NCBI GenBank assembly: GCA_046757025.1 | Contig: JBHHXN010000008.1 | Coordinates: 9,227-73,226 of the forward strand | Reading direction: 5' to 3' | Origin: a bacterium | Lineage (GTDB): Bacteria > Zhuqueibacterota > Zhuqueibacteria > Oceanimicrobiales > Oceanimicrobiaceae | Length of the DNA stretch: 64,000 nt | Shown: in pieces, positions 29,085 to 39,100 of the stretch | How the letters are laid out: each line of letters begins with the position of its first letter | How positions within the stretch are numbered: position 1 is the stretch's first letter | Made by a program: the position numbers and the translations under genes | The notes under the pieces: model-generated | Databases searched by the model: none | What the model was told of the DNA's origin: nothing | What the model saw: the letters and a program-made list of their open reading frames with translations, nothing else

Positions 29085-30347
29085 ATGAACAAGCCTAACA
29101 CAAATTTAATCCCTAATTTGACTTCAGGACCCACCGACGTCGTCGTCATCGGCGGCGGTCCGGCCGGCGCCACCGTGGCTGCACTGGTGGCTGAGAAAGG
29201 TCACCGGGTGCAGTTGTTTGAGCGGGAGATTTTCCCAAGATTCAGCATCGGCGAGTCGCTCATGCCTGGCACCTACTGGACCCTTAAGAAGCTGGGCGTG
29301 CTGGAAAAAATGAAAAGCAGCGCTTTTCCGCAAAAATGCAGCGTTCAATTTTATTCGCGTTCGGGTCGAGCTTCGGCGCCCTTTTACTTTTTTGAAAATG
29401 ATTCACACGAAAGCTCCCAAACCTGGCAGGTGCTGCGCAGCGAGTTTGATGAGATGATGCTGGAGAATGCCCGGGAAAAAGGTGCTCAGGTGCATCAGGG
29501 AGTCAGTGTGACAGAGGTGTTGTTTGAAGAATCGAAAGCGACGGGCGTACGTGTGCGCTTGCCGGATAAAAGCTTGTACGATATTCAATCCAAAATTGTA
29601 GTGGATGCCTCCGGTCAGAGCACGTTGATTGCGCGGAAACTGGACCTCAAGCGGCGCGAACCGGCATTGAAAAAAGCCGCAGTGTTCAGCCATTTTAAAG
29701 GCAGCGTTCGCGACACTGGGGTGGATGAAGGCGCCACCCTCATTTTTCAAACGCAAAATCAGGATTCGTGGTTCTGGTTCATTCCCCTGCCTCAAGACCT
29801 GACGAGTGTGGGCGTCGTGGGCGATGTCGATTATCTGCTCGGGCAAGCTCTGGAAGATCTACAAAACATTTTCAAACGTGAGCTGGAAATCTGCCCGGCG
29901 TTGCAGCCGAGATTGGCGCCGGCCCGGCAGTTATTTCCGATGAAGATCACCCGAGACTTTTCCTATCGCAGTGAGCAGATCGCCGGCCAAGGCTGGGTGC
30001 TGGTGGGCGATGCTTTTGGATTTTTGGATCCCATCTATTCTTCCGGCGTTTTTTTAGCGTTGAAATCAGCGGAATTCGCCGCGGCCTGCGTTCATGAAGC
30101 GCTAAAAAATCAAGACTTTTCTGCGCCGCAACTGGGGAAATTTCAGAGTGAGTATCTGGCCGGCATGGAGTCCATTCGGAAGCTGGTGTACACATTTTAT
30201 GCGCGGGATTTTAGCTTCGGGCGCTTTCTCAATAAACATCCCGAATGCAGAAAAGACATCATCAATATTTTGGTGGGCAACGTGTTCAGGGAACCCGTCA
30301 TTGGGCTGTTTGAACGATTAGGAGAATTCTGCCAGATTCCTGAATAG
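29085..30347 (+). CDS. FAD-dependent halogenase-like oxidoreductase
   Basis: GGGPAG, PRFSIGES, Lys in FPQK, WFWFIP (WxWxIP) and GDAFGFLDPIYSSG. Confidence 0.8.
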   Translation: MNKPNTNLIPNLTSGPTDVVVIGGGPAGATVAALVAEKGHRVQLFEREIFPRFSIGESLMPGTYWTLKKLGVLEKMKSSAFPQKCSVQFYSRSGRASAPFYFFENDSHESSQTWQVLRSEFDEMMLENAREKGAQVHQGVSVTEVLFEESKATGVRVRLPDKSLYDIQSKIVVDASGQSTLIARKLDLKRREPALKKAAVFSHFKGSVRDTGVDEGATLIFQTQNQDSWFWFIPLPQDLTSVGVVGDVDYLLGQALEDLQNIFKRELEICPALQPRLAPARQLFPMKITRDFSYRSEQIAGQGWVLVGDAFGFLDPIYSSGVFLALKSAEFAAACVHEALKNQDFSAPQLGKFQSEYLAGMESIRKLVYTFYARDFSFGRFLNKHPECRKDIINILVGNVFREPVIGLFERLGEFCQIPE

Positions 30348-30466
30348 GACGCGTTTTTGCACTTTACTTTTGACTTATATTCAAATAGTATAAAATGAGA
30401 TTCAGCTTCGTGTTTCAGCCATGGAATAGAAAAGGGTGTACAGGCTTTTAGCCTGTTTCAACCTCA

Positions 30467-30624
30467 AGAGCCTGTGTGAAAAGTTGAAATATAGACTATA
30501 AACCAAACATCCCAGTATTGTCATTCTGGAAGAATCTTTTTAATAAACAGCACTTTACGTCCAAGTAATAAAGATTCCTACAGAATGACAGAAGTTTCGT
30601 TTTACAAGTTTTCACGCGGACTAT
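30467..30624. repeat. Composite repeat copy B
   Basis: AGAGCCTGTGTGAAAAGT ... AGTTTTCACGCGGACTAT with internal GTCATTCTGGAAGAATCTTT ... AAAGATTCCTACAGAATGAC. Confidence 0.7.
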
Positions 30625-30680
30625 AAAGGCTAAACACCTTATGTTGCATAATTCTAAATTTTTAATTTGAGGAGGAATTT

Positions 30681-30911
30681 GTGAAAAAAGCCTTTCCAAA
30701 ATGGAGCTTGTTTCTAGCCCTTTTTGTTTTGTATCTGCTCCACAACGATCTCTGGTTCTGGCACAATGCCGATTTGGTTTTCGGCATTCCCATCGGATTG
30801 TTTTACCACATTGTTTACTGCGCCGCAGCTTCCCTCATGATGATTCTGTTGGTCAAATATGCCTGGCCCCATCCTTCCCAAACTAAAGACAAAAAGGAAA
30901 TACTGAGATGA
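30681..30911 (+). CDS. Small two-TM partner of a solute symporter (DUF3311-like)
   Basis: GAGGAGG RBS, LHNDLWFW and LVFGIPIGLFY; ATGA overlap with the SSS gene. Confidence 0.75.
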   Translation: MKKAFPKWSLFLALFVLYLLHNDLWFWHNADLVFGIPIGLFYHIVYCAAASLMMILLVKYAWPHPSQTKDKKEILR

Positions 30912-32425
30912 CACTGATCATTATTTTTATCTACCTGGCTTTAGTGATTGGGATTGGAGCTTTTAGCCACAAACTGTTTCGCGGTACGGGAGAAGATTAT
31001 TTCGTGGCCACCCGCACCATTGGCCCTTTCATCCTTTTGATGTCGCTGTTCGGCACGAATATGACCGCTTTTGCCTTGCTAGGCGCTTCCGGAGAAGCTT
31101 ATCATAACGGCATCGGTGTGTTTGGCTTGATGGCTTCCAGCTCAGCCTTGATCATCCCGTGTGTTTTCTTTTTTGTGGGTACCCGTGCCTGGGCCTTGGG
31201 AAAAAAATTCGGCTATTTGACCCAGGTACAATATTTCAGAGAGCGCTGGGGATCTGACGGACTCGGCTTGCTGCTCTTTTTTGTGCTCATCGGCTTTGTG
31301 ATCCCGTACCTGCTGATCGGGGTGATGGCCGGCGGCGTGACCATGAATCAAATCACGCAAGGGCAGTTTCCGGAATGGGCCGGCGGCCTTTTGGTGTGCA
31401 TTGTGGTGCTAATTTATGTGACGTATGGTGGATTGCGCGGCACCGCCTGGGCCAACACCTTTCAAACCCTGGTGTTCATGATACTGGGCGGTGTCACGTT
31501 TTACGTCATCGTCAATAAACTGGGCGGGCTGACCAGCGCTATGAATAGGGTGGCCGAAGAGCACCCACAGTTGCTGGTACGCGGGGAATTGATCAAGCCG
31601 CTGCGGCTGTTGACGTACACCTGCATTCCGCTGTCCGTGGGGATGTTTCCACACATGTTCATGCACTGGCTATCTGCCAATCGCGCAGAAAGTTTCCGGC
31701 GGCCGTTGATGTTTTATCCTCTGTGCATTGCCGCGGTCTGGGTTCCCAGCGTTTTGTTGGGAGTCCTGGGCAGTATCGATTTTGCAGGCTTAAAAGGCCC
31801 GGCGGCCAATTCTATTTTAGTAAAAATGATCGACATGTATTCGCCCGACATTCTGGCCGGGCTGTTAGCTGCCGGGGTGTTTGCAGCGGTCATGTCGTCG
31901 CTGGATTCGCAGGTGCTGTCCATCGGCAGCATGTTTACACAGGACATCACCCGCCATTATGGATTCCATGACAAAATGAGCGAAAAGCAGCAGGTGCTTT
32001 TCGGGCGGCTGTTCGTTTTTGCCGTGCTGCTGGTCACCTACGTGTTGTCGCTGGTTTCCAATCGCAGTATTTTCAAACTGGGGGTCTGGTCTTTTACGGG
32101 ATTCGCTTCTCTGTTCCCGGTGGTGTTTGCGGCGTTATTTTGGAAACGCAGTACCAAATACGGCGCCTTTGCTTCTGTCATCAGCGTGGTGGGGCTCTGG
32201 ACGTACTTTTTTATTCAGGGGTGGCAGCAGCCGGGATACACCGTCGGCGGCAGCGGAGTCATGCCGGTGGCGGTGATTTTGCCGGTATCCACTTTGGCCA
32301 TGATCATCGGCTCCCTGTTGAGTCCGACACCCCAGCAAGCGATCCTTGATAAATTTTTTACCAGCACCCGGCAGAGCCCCGACGAAGATTTGGAAAAGAA
32401 AAAAGTGGAGAGTCGTTCCGGATAG
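30908..32425 (+). CDS. Sodium:solute symporter (SSS family)
   Basis: EDYFVATRTIG, YVTYGGLRGTAWANTFQ and AAVMSSLDSQ; about 13 TM segments. Confidence 0.92.
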   Translation: MTLIIIFIYLALVIGIGAFSHKLFRGTGEDYFVATRTIGPFILLMSLFGTNMTAFALLGASGEAYHNGIGVFGLMASSSALIIPCVFFFVGTRAWALGKKFGYLTQVQYFRERWGSDGLGLLLFFVLIGFVIPYLLIGVMAGGVTMNQITQGQFPEWAGGLLVCIVVLIYVTYGGLRGTAWANTFQTLVFMILGGVTFYVIVNKLGGLTSAMNRVAEEHPQLLVRGELIKPLRLLTYTCIPLSVGMFPHMFMHWLSANRAESFRRPLMFYPLCIAAVWVPSVLLGVLGSIDFAGLKGPAANSILVKMIDMYSPDILAGLLAAGVFAAVMSSLDSQVLSIGSMFTQDITRHYGFHDKMSEKQQVLFGRLFVFAVLLVTYVLSLVSNRSIFKLGVWSFTGFASLFPVVFAALFWKRSTKYGAFASVISVVGLWTYFFIQGWQQPGYTVGGSGVMPVAVILPVSTLAMIIGSLLSPTPQQAILDKFFTSTRQSPDEDLEKKKVESRSG

Positions 32426-32537
32426 TTGGGATTTGGGTAACCTTTTAGCTATTGGCTAACGGCCAGCAGCAAGAACGTTGCGACATTCGTAAAAAATAAA
32501 AAGTTAATAATGACAATAGCTTTCCCTAAATAAAATT

Positions 32538-33827
32538 ATGAGAATCGCCTACATCTCTGCTGGCGCCGGCGGAATGTACTGCGGAAGCTGCATTCACGAC
32601 AACACGCTGGCGGCCGCATTACAGCAGAAAGGGCACCAGGTGGCTTTGATTCCCACCTACACGCCGCTTCGCACCGACGAGACCAACGTCAGTTTGGGCC
32701 GCGTTTTTTATGGCGGTTTGAACGTGTATTTGCAGGAGAAGTTTAAAATATTTCGCCGTACCCCGTGGCGGGTTGACGATTTTTTAAATCAAACGTTTTT
32801 GTTGAAATGGATATCCAAACTGGGTTCGTCCACCAATGCCCGCGACTTAGGCACTTTAACGGTTTCGGTGTTAAAGGGCGAGCACGGGCATCAAAAAAAA
32901 GAGCTGGCAAAATTGGTCACCTGGCTTAAAAACGACTATCAACCCGATCTGGTTCAGCTCACCAATTCCATGTTTTTGGGTATGGCGCGCGAGATCAAAC
33001 GACAATTGCAGGTGCCGGTGCTCTGTGCTGTTCAGGGGGAAGATCTCTTTTTGGAGGATTTGATCGAGCCGTACCAAGAAGAGGCGCGGCTGCTGCTGCA
33101 GGAAAAAGCGCAGAACGTCGATGCCTTTATCGCCACCAGCGATTACTATGCCGGCTTCATGGCTGAATTTTTAAGCGTGCAAAAACAGAAAATGCACACC
33201 GTGAAACTGGGCATTAATTTGGATGGTTTGGAAAACGGCCGTATCAACGTGCAAAGCGATTCTTTCATCGTCGGCTACCTGGCGCGGATTTGTCCGGAAA
33301 AAGGTCTGCACTTGCTCGTTCAGGCCTGCTATCGGTTGTGGGAAAAGCTCGGTCGCGACAAAATTCAGCTTAAAGTGGCGGGCTATTTGTCAAAAAGAGA
33401 CGGTCTTTATTTTAATGATATTAAAAAACAAATCGCTGAAAGAGGATTCGGCGGTTCATTTGAATATGTGGGCGAGGTGGATCGTTTGAGTAAAATCATT
33501 TTTCTCAGCTCACTGCATGTGTTGTCGGTACCCACTACATATCAAGAGGCCAAAGGATTGTTTGTACTGGAAGCGCTGGCCAACGGCGTGCCGGTAGTGC
33601 AACCGCGACACGGTTCTTTTCCAGAGATCGTGGCGGCCACCGGCGGCGGGATTCTGGTGGCTCCCCACTCGCCGCACTCTTTAGCCCACGGCATTCTGCA
33701 GCTTCTGGAAGATGCTGATCTGAGAAAAAAGTTAGGGCAAAAGGGCCAAGCGGCCGTTCAAAAATCCTTCAGCTCGCAGGCCATGGCAGAAGCCACGCTG
33801 AAAGTTTATGAAAAGTATGTTAAATAA
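32538..33827 (+). CDS. Glycosyltransferase family 4 with an N-terminal CxxC
   Basis: MYCGSC, RICPEKGL and EAKGLFVLEALANGVPVV. Confidence 0.88.
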   Translation: MRIAYISAGAGGMYCGSCIHDNTLAAALQQKGHQVALIPTYTPLRTDETNVSLGRVFYGGLNVYLQEKFKIFRRTPWRVDDFLNQTFLLKWISKLGSSTNARDLGTLTVSVLKGEHGHQKKELAKLVTWLKNDYQPDLVQLTNSMFLGMAREIKRQLQVPVLCAVQGEDLFLEDLIEPYQEEARLLLQEKAQNVDAFIATSDYYAGFMAEFLSVQKQKMHTVKLGINLDGLENGRINVQSDSFIVGYLARICPEKGLHLLVQACYRLWEKLGRDKIQLKVAGYLSKRDGLYFNDIKKQIAERGFGGSFEYVGEVDRLSKIIFLSSLHVLSVPTTYQEAKGLFVLEALANGVPVVQPRHGSFPEIVAATGGGILVAPHSPHSLAHGILQLLEDADLRKKLGQKGQAAVQKSFSSQAMAEATLKVYEKYVK

Positions 33828-33845
33828 TGTTTTCATTCTCATTTG

Positions 33846-34284
33846 CTCAAGTTTTGCAGTTAGAATTTAAACAAAATCAAATAAGATCCGGCCGATGAAT
33901 TTGTATTTCAGCAATTACTATGAAAGAGAGATTACCTTACTATTCCAAAATTGGAGTGATTGAGTCGTTATTTACATATTCTAACATTTCTCCTTAACGC
34001 AGAGCCGAGGACGCAGAGAATAATATATCTCTCTGCGAAACGCTCTGCGCTTTCCGCGGCCTCCGCGTTGAAAAAAAAGTGGTTATTTGATAATCCTGTG
34101 TTCAGTGGTAAAGCGCCTTTTTTATCGTAAATCAAAAAGTCGATTTTAAGATGACTTTTGCAATAACTGGCTACATACTCATATTTTGGAATTTTTGTGA
34201 CTAAAGTTATTATAAAGAATTCTGTGAATTCAGTTTGAGTAAAACACCTTAAAAACAATTGATTACACAACTGCGAAACTTGAG
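33846..34284. mobile_element. MITE copy 2 (about 440 bp), inverted relative to 7637-8062
   Basis: CTCAAGTTTTGCAGTT ... AACTGCGAAACTTGAG; shares internal blocks such as CAGGATTATCAAATAACCAC and ACTCAATCACTC with copy 1. Confidence 0.8.
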
Positions 34285-34324
34285 TCAATTATTACCTGGG
34301 TGAATCCTGAAGGAAGAGCAAAAT

Positions 34325-34891
34325 ATGACCACTGCTGAAACATCAACGTCCGGTTTGGCCTGGCTACTATTCGTCCTGATGACGGTTATCTCCTGGGGTG
34401 TGTATGGCATTTTTCTGCACAGCGGTCAGGTGGCCATGGGCGATGCAGCCAACGGTCGTTACAAAGCTTTTTTGTTTGTGGGTATCGCGTATTTGATCAC
34501 CGCTGTCATCGGGCCGCTGATCATCCTGGGTATAAACGGCGCTACTTGGAGTTTTTCCGCGAAGGGCATGTTCTGGTCGCTGGCGGCCGGCATCGTCGGG
34601 GCCCTGGGTGCATTTTGTGTGTTGCTGGCTTTTGGGGCTAAAGGTCAGCCGAGCGTGGTCATGTCCATTGTTTTCGCTGGGGCACCGGTAGTCAATGCTG
34701 TGGTCGCTTTGGCGGTTCATCCGCCCGCCGGTGGATTCAGCCATTTGCGCTGGCAGTTTGTGGCGGGTATTTTGATGGCTGCACTTGGAGGTTGCCTGGT
34801 GACGTTGTACAAGCCCGCTCCGGCGGCGTCTCAGGCGGAAAAGGCGCGGGTGGTTCAGAATGATCAATTTAATTCAGAAAAAGGGAAATAA
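34325..34891 (+). CDS. Five-TM membrane protein (DMT/EamA-like)
   Basis: Five hydrophobic helices, SWGVYG and VMSIVFAGAPVVNA. Confidence 0.6.
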   Translation: MTTAETSTSGLAWLLFVLMTVISWGVYGIFLHSGQVAMGDAANGRYKAFLFVGIAYLITAVIGPLIILGINGATWSFSAKGMFWSLAAGIVGALGAFCVLLAFGAKGQPSVVMSIVFAGAPVVNAVVALAVHPPAGGFSHLRWQFVAGILMAALGGCLVTLYKPAPAASQAEKARVVQNDQFNSEKGK

Positions 34892-34897
34892 CACGTA

Positions 34898-35329
34898 ATG
34901 ACAAACATGAAAAGTGATTTTCGTACCAAACGAAAAATTGAATTTGCCGACACCGACCTGGCAGGCATTGTGCATTTCGCTCGTTTTTTTGTGTTTATGG
35001 AGACGGCGGAGCACGAATTCCTGCACTCACTGGGAACCAGCGTTTCCACGCAATTGAACGGCGACCAAATCGGCTGGCCGCGACTGGCGGCTTCCTGCGA
35101 ATATCTGAGCCCGGCTACCTTCGAAGAAGAAATCGATATTTACCTGACGGTTTACAGGAAGGGCAACAAATCCTTGACTTACAAATTCCTGTTCACGCGC
35201 GATGAAAAAATCATTGCCCGCGGACAGATGACTTCGGCCTGCTGCGTTTGCAATCCCGGTGAAAAAATCAAAGCCATTCCCATCCCCGATTTTATTGCAG
35301 ATAAAATATCAGAGACTTCAAAAGAGTAG
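34898..35329 (+). CDS. 4-hydroxybenzoyl-CoA/YbgC-family thioesterase
   Basis: IEFADTDLAGIVHFARFFVFMETAE and CEYLSP. Confidence 0.88.
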   Translation: MTNMKSDFRTKRKIEFADTDLAGIVHFARFFVFMETAEHEFLHSLGTSVSTQLNGDQIGWPRLAASCEYLSPATFEEEIDIYLTVYRKGNKSLTYKFLFTRDEKIIARGQMTSACCVCNPGEKIKAIPIPDFIADKISETSKE

Positions 35330-35463
35330 AAAATCATTATGCAGTTGGTTTAACTGAGATTTCGACTGGCTCGGTTCAAAAAGCCATTCTAACAACCACT
35401 AAGATATTTGAAACCAATATTAATCGGCCAAAATCTTTTCAATAAATTTAAATCGCAAACATT

Positions 35464-36153
35464 ATGAAAAAGTCAAACGCCGTATCGCTGCAATTAAAAG
35501 AGGTGTATAAAAACTACGGCGCCGAATCCCGGTCGGTACCCGTGCTGCGGGGCGTTTCTTTCGAAATATCGGAAGGTCAAGCCCTGGTGATCACCGGGCC
35601 TTCAGGTTGCGGTAAAAGCACATTGCTGCACCTCATCGGCACGTTAGATACTCCCTCCTCCGGTCAAATCCACATAGCCGGTCAGGACCCCTTTACCTTT
35701 TCTGAGGTCGATTTAGCCAAATTTCGCAACCAAAACATCGGCTTCGTCTTTCAGGATCATCACCTCTTGCCGCAGTACTCTGTGTTGGAAAACGTGCTTT
35801 TACCCACGCTGGCTTTCAAGAAATCGAACGGCGAATCTTTGCGGCGCGCACAAGATTTTCTATCGCGAGTGGGACTATCGGATCGCCTCGAGCACCGACC
35901 GGCCGAGCTTTCCGGCGGGGAAAAACAGCGGGTGGCCATCGCGCGAGCTTTGATCAACCAGCCCCAAATCGTACTATGTGACGAGCCCACCGGCAATCTG
36001 GATCGCCAAACCGCCGGAAACGTAGCGGATCTGTTTTTTGAGCTGCATAAGCAGGAAAAAAACATTCTCATCGTGGTCACCCACAGCCTCGAGCTCGCTG
36101 CCCGCTTCAACCGACGTTTTGAATTGCAGGAGGGAAAATGCGTCGCAGTTTAG
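35464..36153 (+). CDS. ABC transporter ATP-binding protein (LolD/MacB-like)
   Basis: GPSGCGKST, LSGGEKQRVAIARAL, CDEPTGNLD and VTH. Confidence 0.93.
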   Translation: MKKSNAVSLQLKEVYKNYGAESRSVPVLRGVSFEISEGQALVITGPSGCGKSTLLHLIGTLDTPSSGQIHIAGQDPFTFSEVDLAKFRNQNIGFVFQDHHLLPQYSVLENVLLPTLAFKKSNGESLRRAQDFLSRVGLSDRLEHRPAELSGGEKQRVAIARALINQPQIVLCDEPTGNLDRQTAGNVADLFFELHKQEKNILIVVTHSLELAARFNRRFELQEGKCVAV

Positions 36154-39100
36154 CCTACTACTGGCGTCTCAATCTGGCGGTGGTTTTGGCGGCGGCGGTT
36201 GCCACTGCGGTTTTGACCGGCGCCCTGTTGGTGGGCGATTCGGTACGCGGAAGTCTGCGCGATTTAACGCTGGCCCGTCTGGGCGAAATCGACTATGTTC
36301 TGGTGCGACAAAAGTTTCTTCGGGAAGACCTCCTGTTGGATTTAATTCAATCGGTGGGCTTCGAAAAGCAATTTGACGCCATCGCCTCGGCCATCTTTTT
36401 GAACGGGAACGCTTTGCATACTCAATCCCGGGCGCGAGCTTCAAACGTCAATCTTCTGGCCATCGACGAACAATTTTTGACTTTTTACGCATCGGATTCA
36501 ATTTTGACTCACCTTTCTGCTGGCTTAAAAAAATCGGCAGGCCAAAATATGCCTTCCATCGTCATTAACCGGTCACTGCAAAAAGAGCTACAGGCAAAAC
36601 CCGGCGATCATTTACTGATTTCTTTTCCCCGTCCCAGCACCGTTGCCCGCGGCTCGTTGATGGGTCGGAAACACACAGATGAGGTGGTGGAAACCGTGCG
36701 GGTGATTATAACGCGCGTACTGCCGGATCGCGGAGTCGCTCGATTCGGCTTGCACCCACATCAGACCATGCCGCTCAACGCGTTTATTTCGCTGCCGGTC
36801 TTGCAGACCATTTTGCCCCGGCAAGACGAGGTAAACGCCCTGTTGCTGTCTCAGCGATCAAATACGACAGAAAGCGACCTGTCTGCCGCTTTGCAGCATC
36901 ATCTGAGCTCCGCTCTCACGCTGGATGATCTCGATTTAAAGATGACCGAGCAGGAGACCTTTTTGCTGCTGGAGAGTCGGGAGTCCCTGCTGGCGCCGCC
37001 CCTGGAGGAATTAATTGCGACGGTGGCGGAAGATATTGCCGCGCCGGTTCTGCCCATCTTGACCTATCTGGCCAATTCCATGCGTGTCCGCGAGCGGCGG
37101 CTGCCGTATTCAACCGTGTCCGCCCTGCAGGTTTCCGAAATCCCCGCGTTTGGTGAATGGACCCTTGTCAACGGAAAGCCGGTGACGGAGCTTTCAGATG
37201 ACGAGATTTTGCTGAATGAATGGGCGGCCCACGATTTGCGCGCTCAGCCCGGTGACAAAATCCATATACAGTATTATGAAGTGGGGCCCGCGGATCAATT
37301 GATTACCAATCAGGCCACTTTCAATTTGAAGGGGATCGTGGCATTAAAAGGCTTTGCAGTAGATTCCACGCTGACGCCGGACTACCCCGGCATTTCCGAT
37401 ACCGACGACATGACGGAATGGGATCCGCCCTTTGCCATCGATTTGAATTTGATTCGACCCGTGGATGAGGCCTACTGGGACCATTATCGCGCCATTCCCA
37501 AAGCGTTTATTCCGGCTGCTACCGGCGAAAAATTGTGGGGCAGCCGATTTGGCAAGGTGACTTCCATGCGCATCGCACCGGCAGAGAGCCTGGATGTGGT
37601 TGAAACCCGAGCTGTTTTCGAGAAGCGGCTGTTGGAAACGGTTCGACCCGAACAATTCGATTATGTGTTCCAGCCGGTGAAAAAACAGGGCCTGGCGTCC
37701 TCTGCCGGCGCCACCGATTTCAGCGGGCTTTTTTTCGGCTTTAGTTTGTTTTTAATCGTCTCGGCCGCCCTGCTGGTGGGTTTAATGTTTCGTCTGGGGG
37801 TGGAACGGCGGGTGCGTGAAATCGGTACTCTTCTGTCGGTGGGGTTTTCTGTGAAAATGGTCCGGAAACAATTTTTACTGGAAGGAGCTATTCTGGCGGC
37901 AACCGGAGCCGTTCTGGGACTTGGTGGAGCGGTTTTTTACGCCGGCTTGCTCATGCACGGTTTGCGTACCTGGTGGCTGTCGGCCATTGGCGCGCCTTTT
38001 CTGTTTTTGCACGTTCAGATTTTGAGCCTGGCACTGGGAGCGAGCATTTCATTAACGGTTAATCTGGTTGCCATCTGGTTGAGTTTTCGCAAACTAAGCA
38101 AAGTGCCGCCACCGGCCTTGCTGGCAGGGGTGACGACGGAGGAGAGATTTTCGCCAGCCCGGCGCTGGACAAAAATGATCTCTCTGGTCAACTTGATACT
38201 GTCGGTGAGTTTGACAGTGGCTGCCTTTTTCGTGGACGCGTCGGCTGCCACCGGCTTGTTTTTTGGCGCCGGCGCCATTCTGCTGATTGCCAGCCTGTCC
38301 TATTTTTCGATCTGGCTCAGAAGCCCGCATTCGACTGTGGGATGGAATACGGGTCGAGCGCCGATGGTACGCCTGTCCTTTCGAAACACACATAGAAATC
38401 CGGGACGCAGCCTGCTGAGTGCGGCGCTGGTTGCCAGCGCGTGTTTTGTCATCGTGGCGGTGGAAGCGTTTCGTCTGGACTTTGACCAGGAAGTACTGCA
38501 GAAAGATTCCGGCGCGGGGGGCTTTACGCTGGCGGCGAAGGCAGACGTGCCCCTGCATCACGATTTGAGTACGGCAACAGGGCGATTCGAGCTGGGATTC
38601 AGCGATGAGGAATCGCAGTATTTGCAGCGTTCACACATTTACGCCTGCCGCTATCTGCCTGGTGACGACGCGAGTTGCTTGAATCTGTATCGTGTGGAAA
38701 AACCGCGGTTGCTCGGCGTGCCGGACGAGTTCATTCAACGCGGCGGCTTTCGTTTTCAGGCTCTGGCGTCATCGCCAAACGACGAGCAAAATAATCCCTG
38801 GCAGCTTCTGAATAGGGAAATCGCACCCGATGTGATTCCGGCTTTTGGCGATTACAATTCCGTGAAATGGATTTTGCACTCTGGTTTAGGAAAGGACTTG
38901 ATTTTGACCGATGAACTGGGAAGCAAGATTAAACTGCGATTTATGGGCCTGTTACAAAAAAGCATTTTTCAGAGCGAGCTACTCATTTCTGAAAATTTAT
39001 TTTTAAAGCACTTCCCGAATCAAAGCGGCTATGCGTATTTTTTAATGGAAACTCCTCCTTCGGAATCCGATAAGTGTGCGCAAATTTTGGAAAAAAATCT

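Noticed and set aside
33968..34288. 106-aa ORF on the minus strand
   Set aside because: It lies almost entirely within MITE copy 2, and the FNAEAAESAERFAE stretch is translated repeat sequence.
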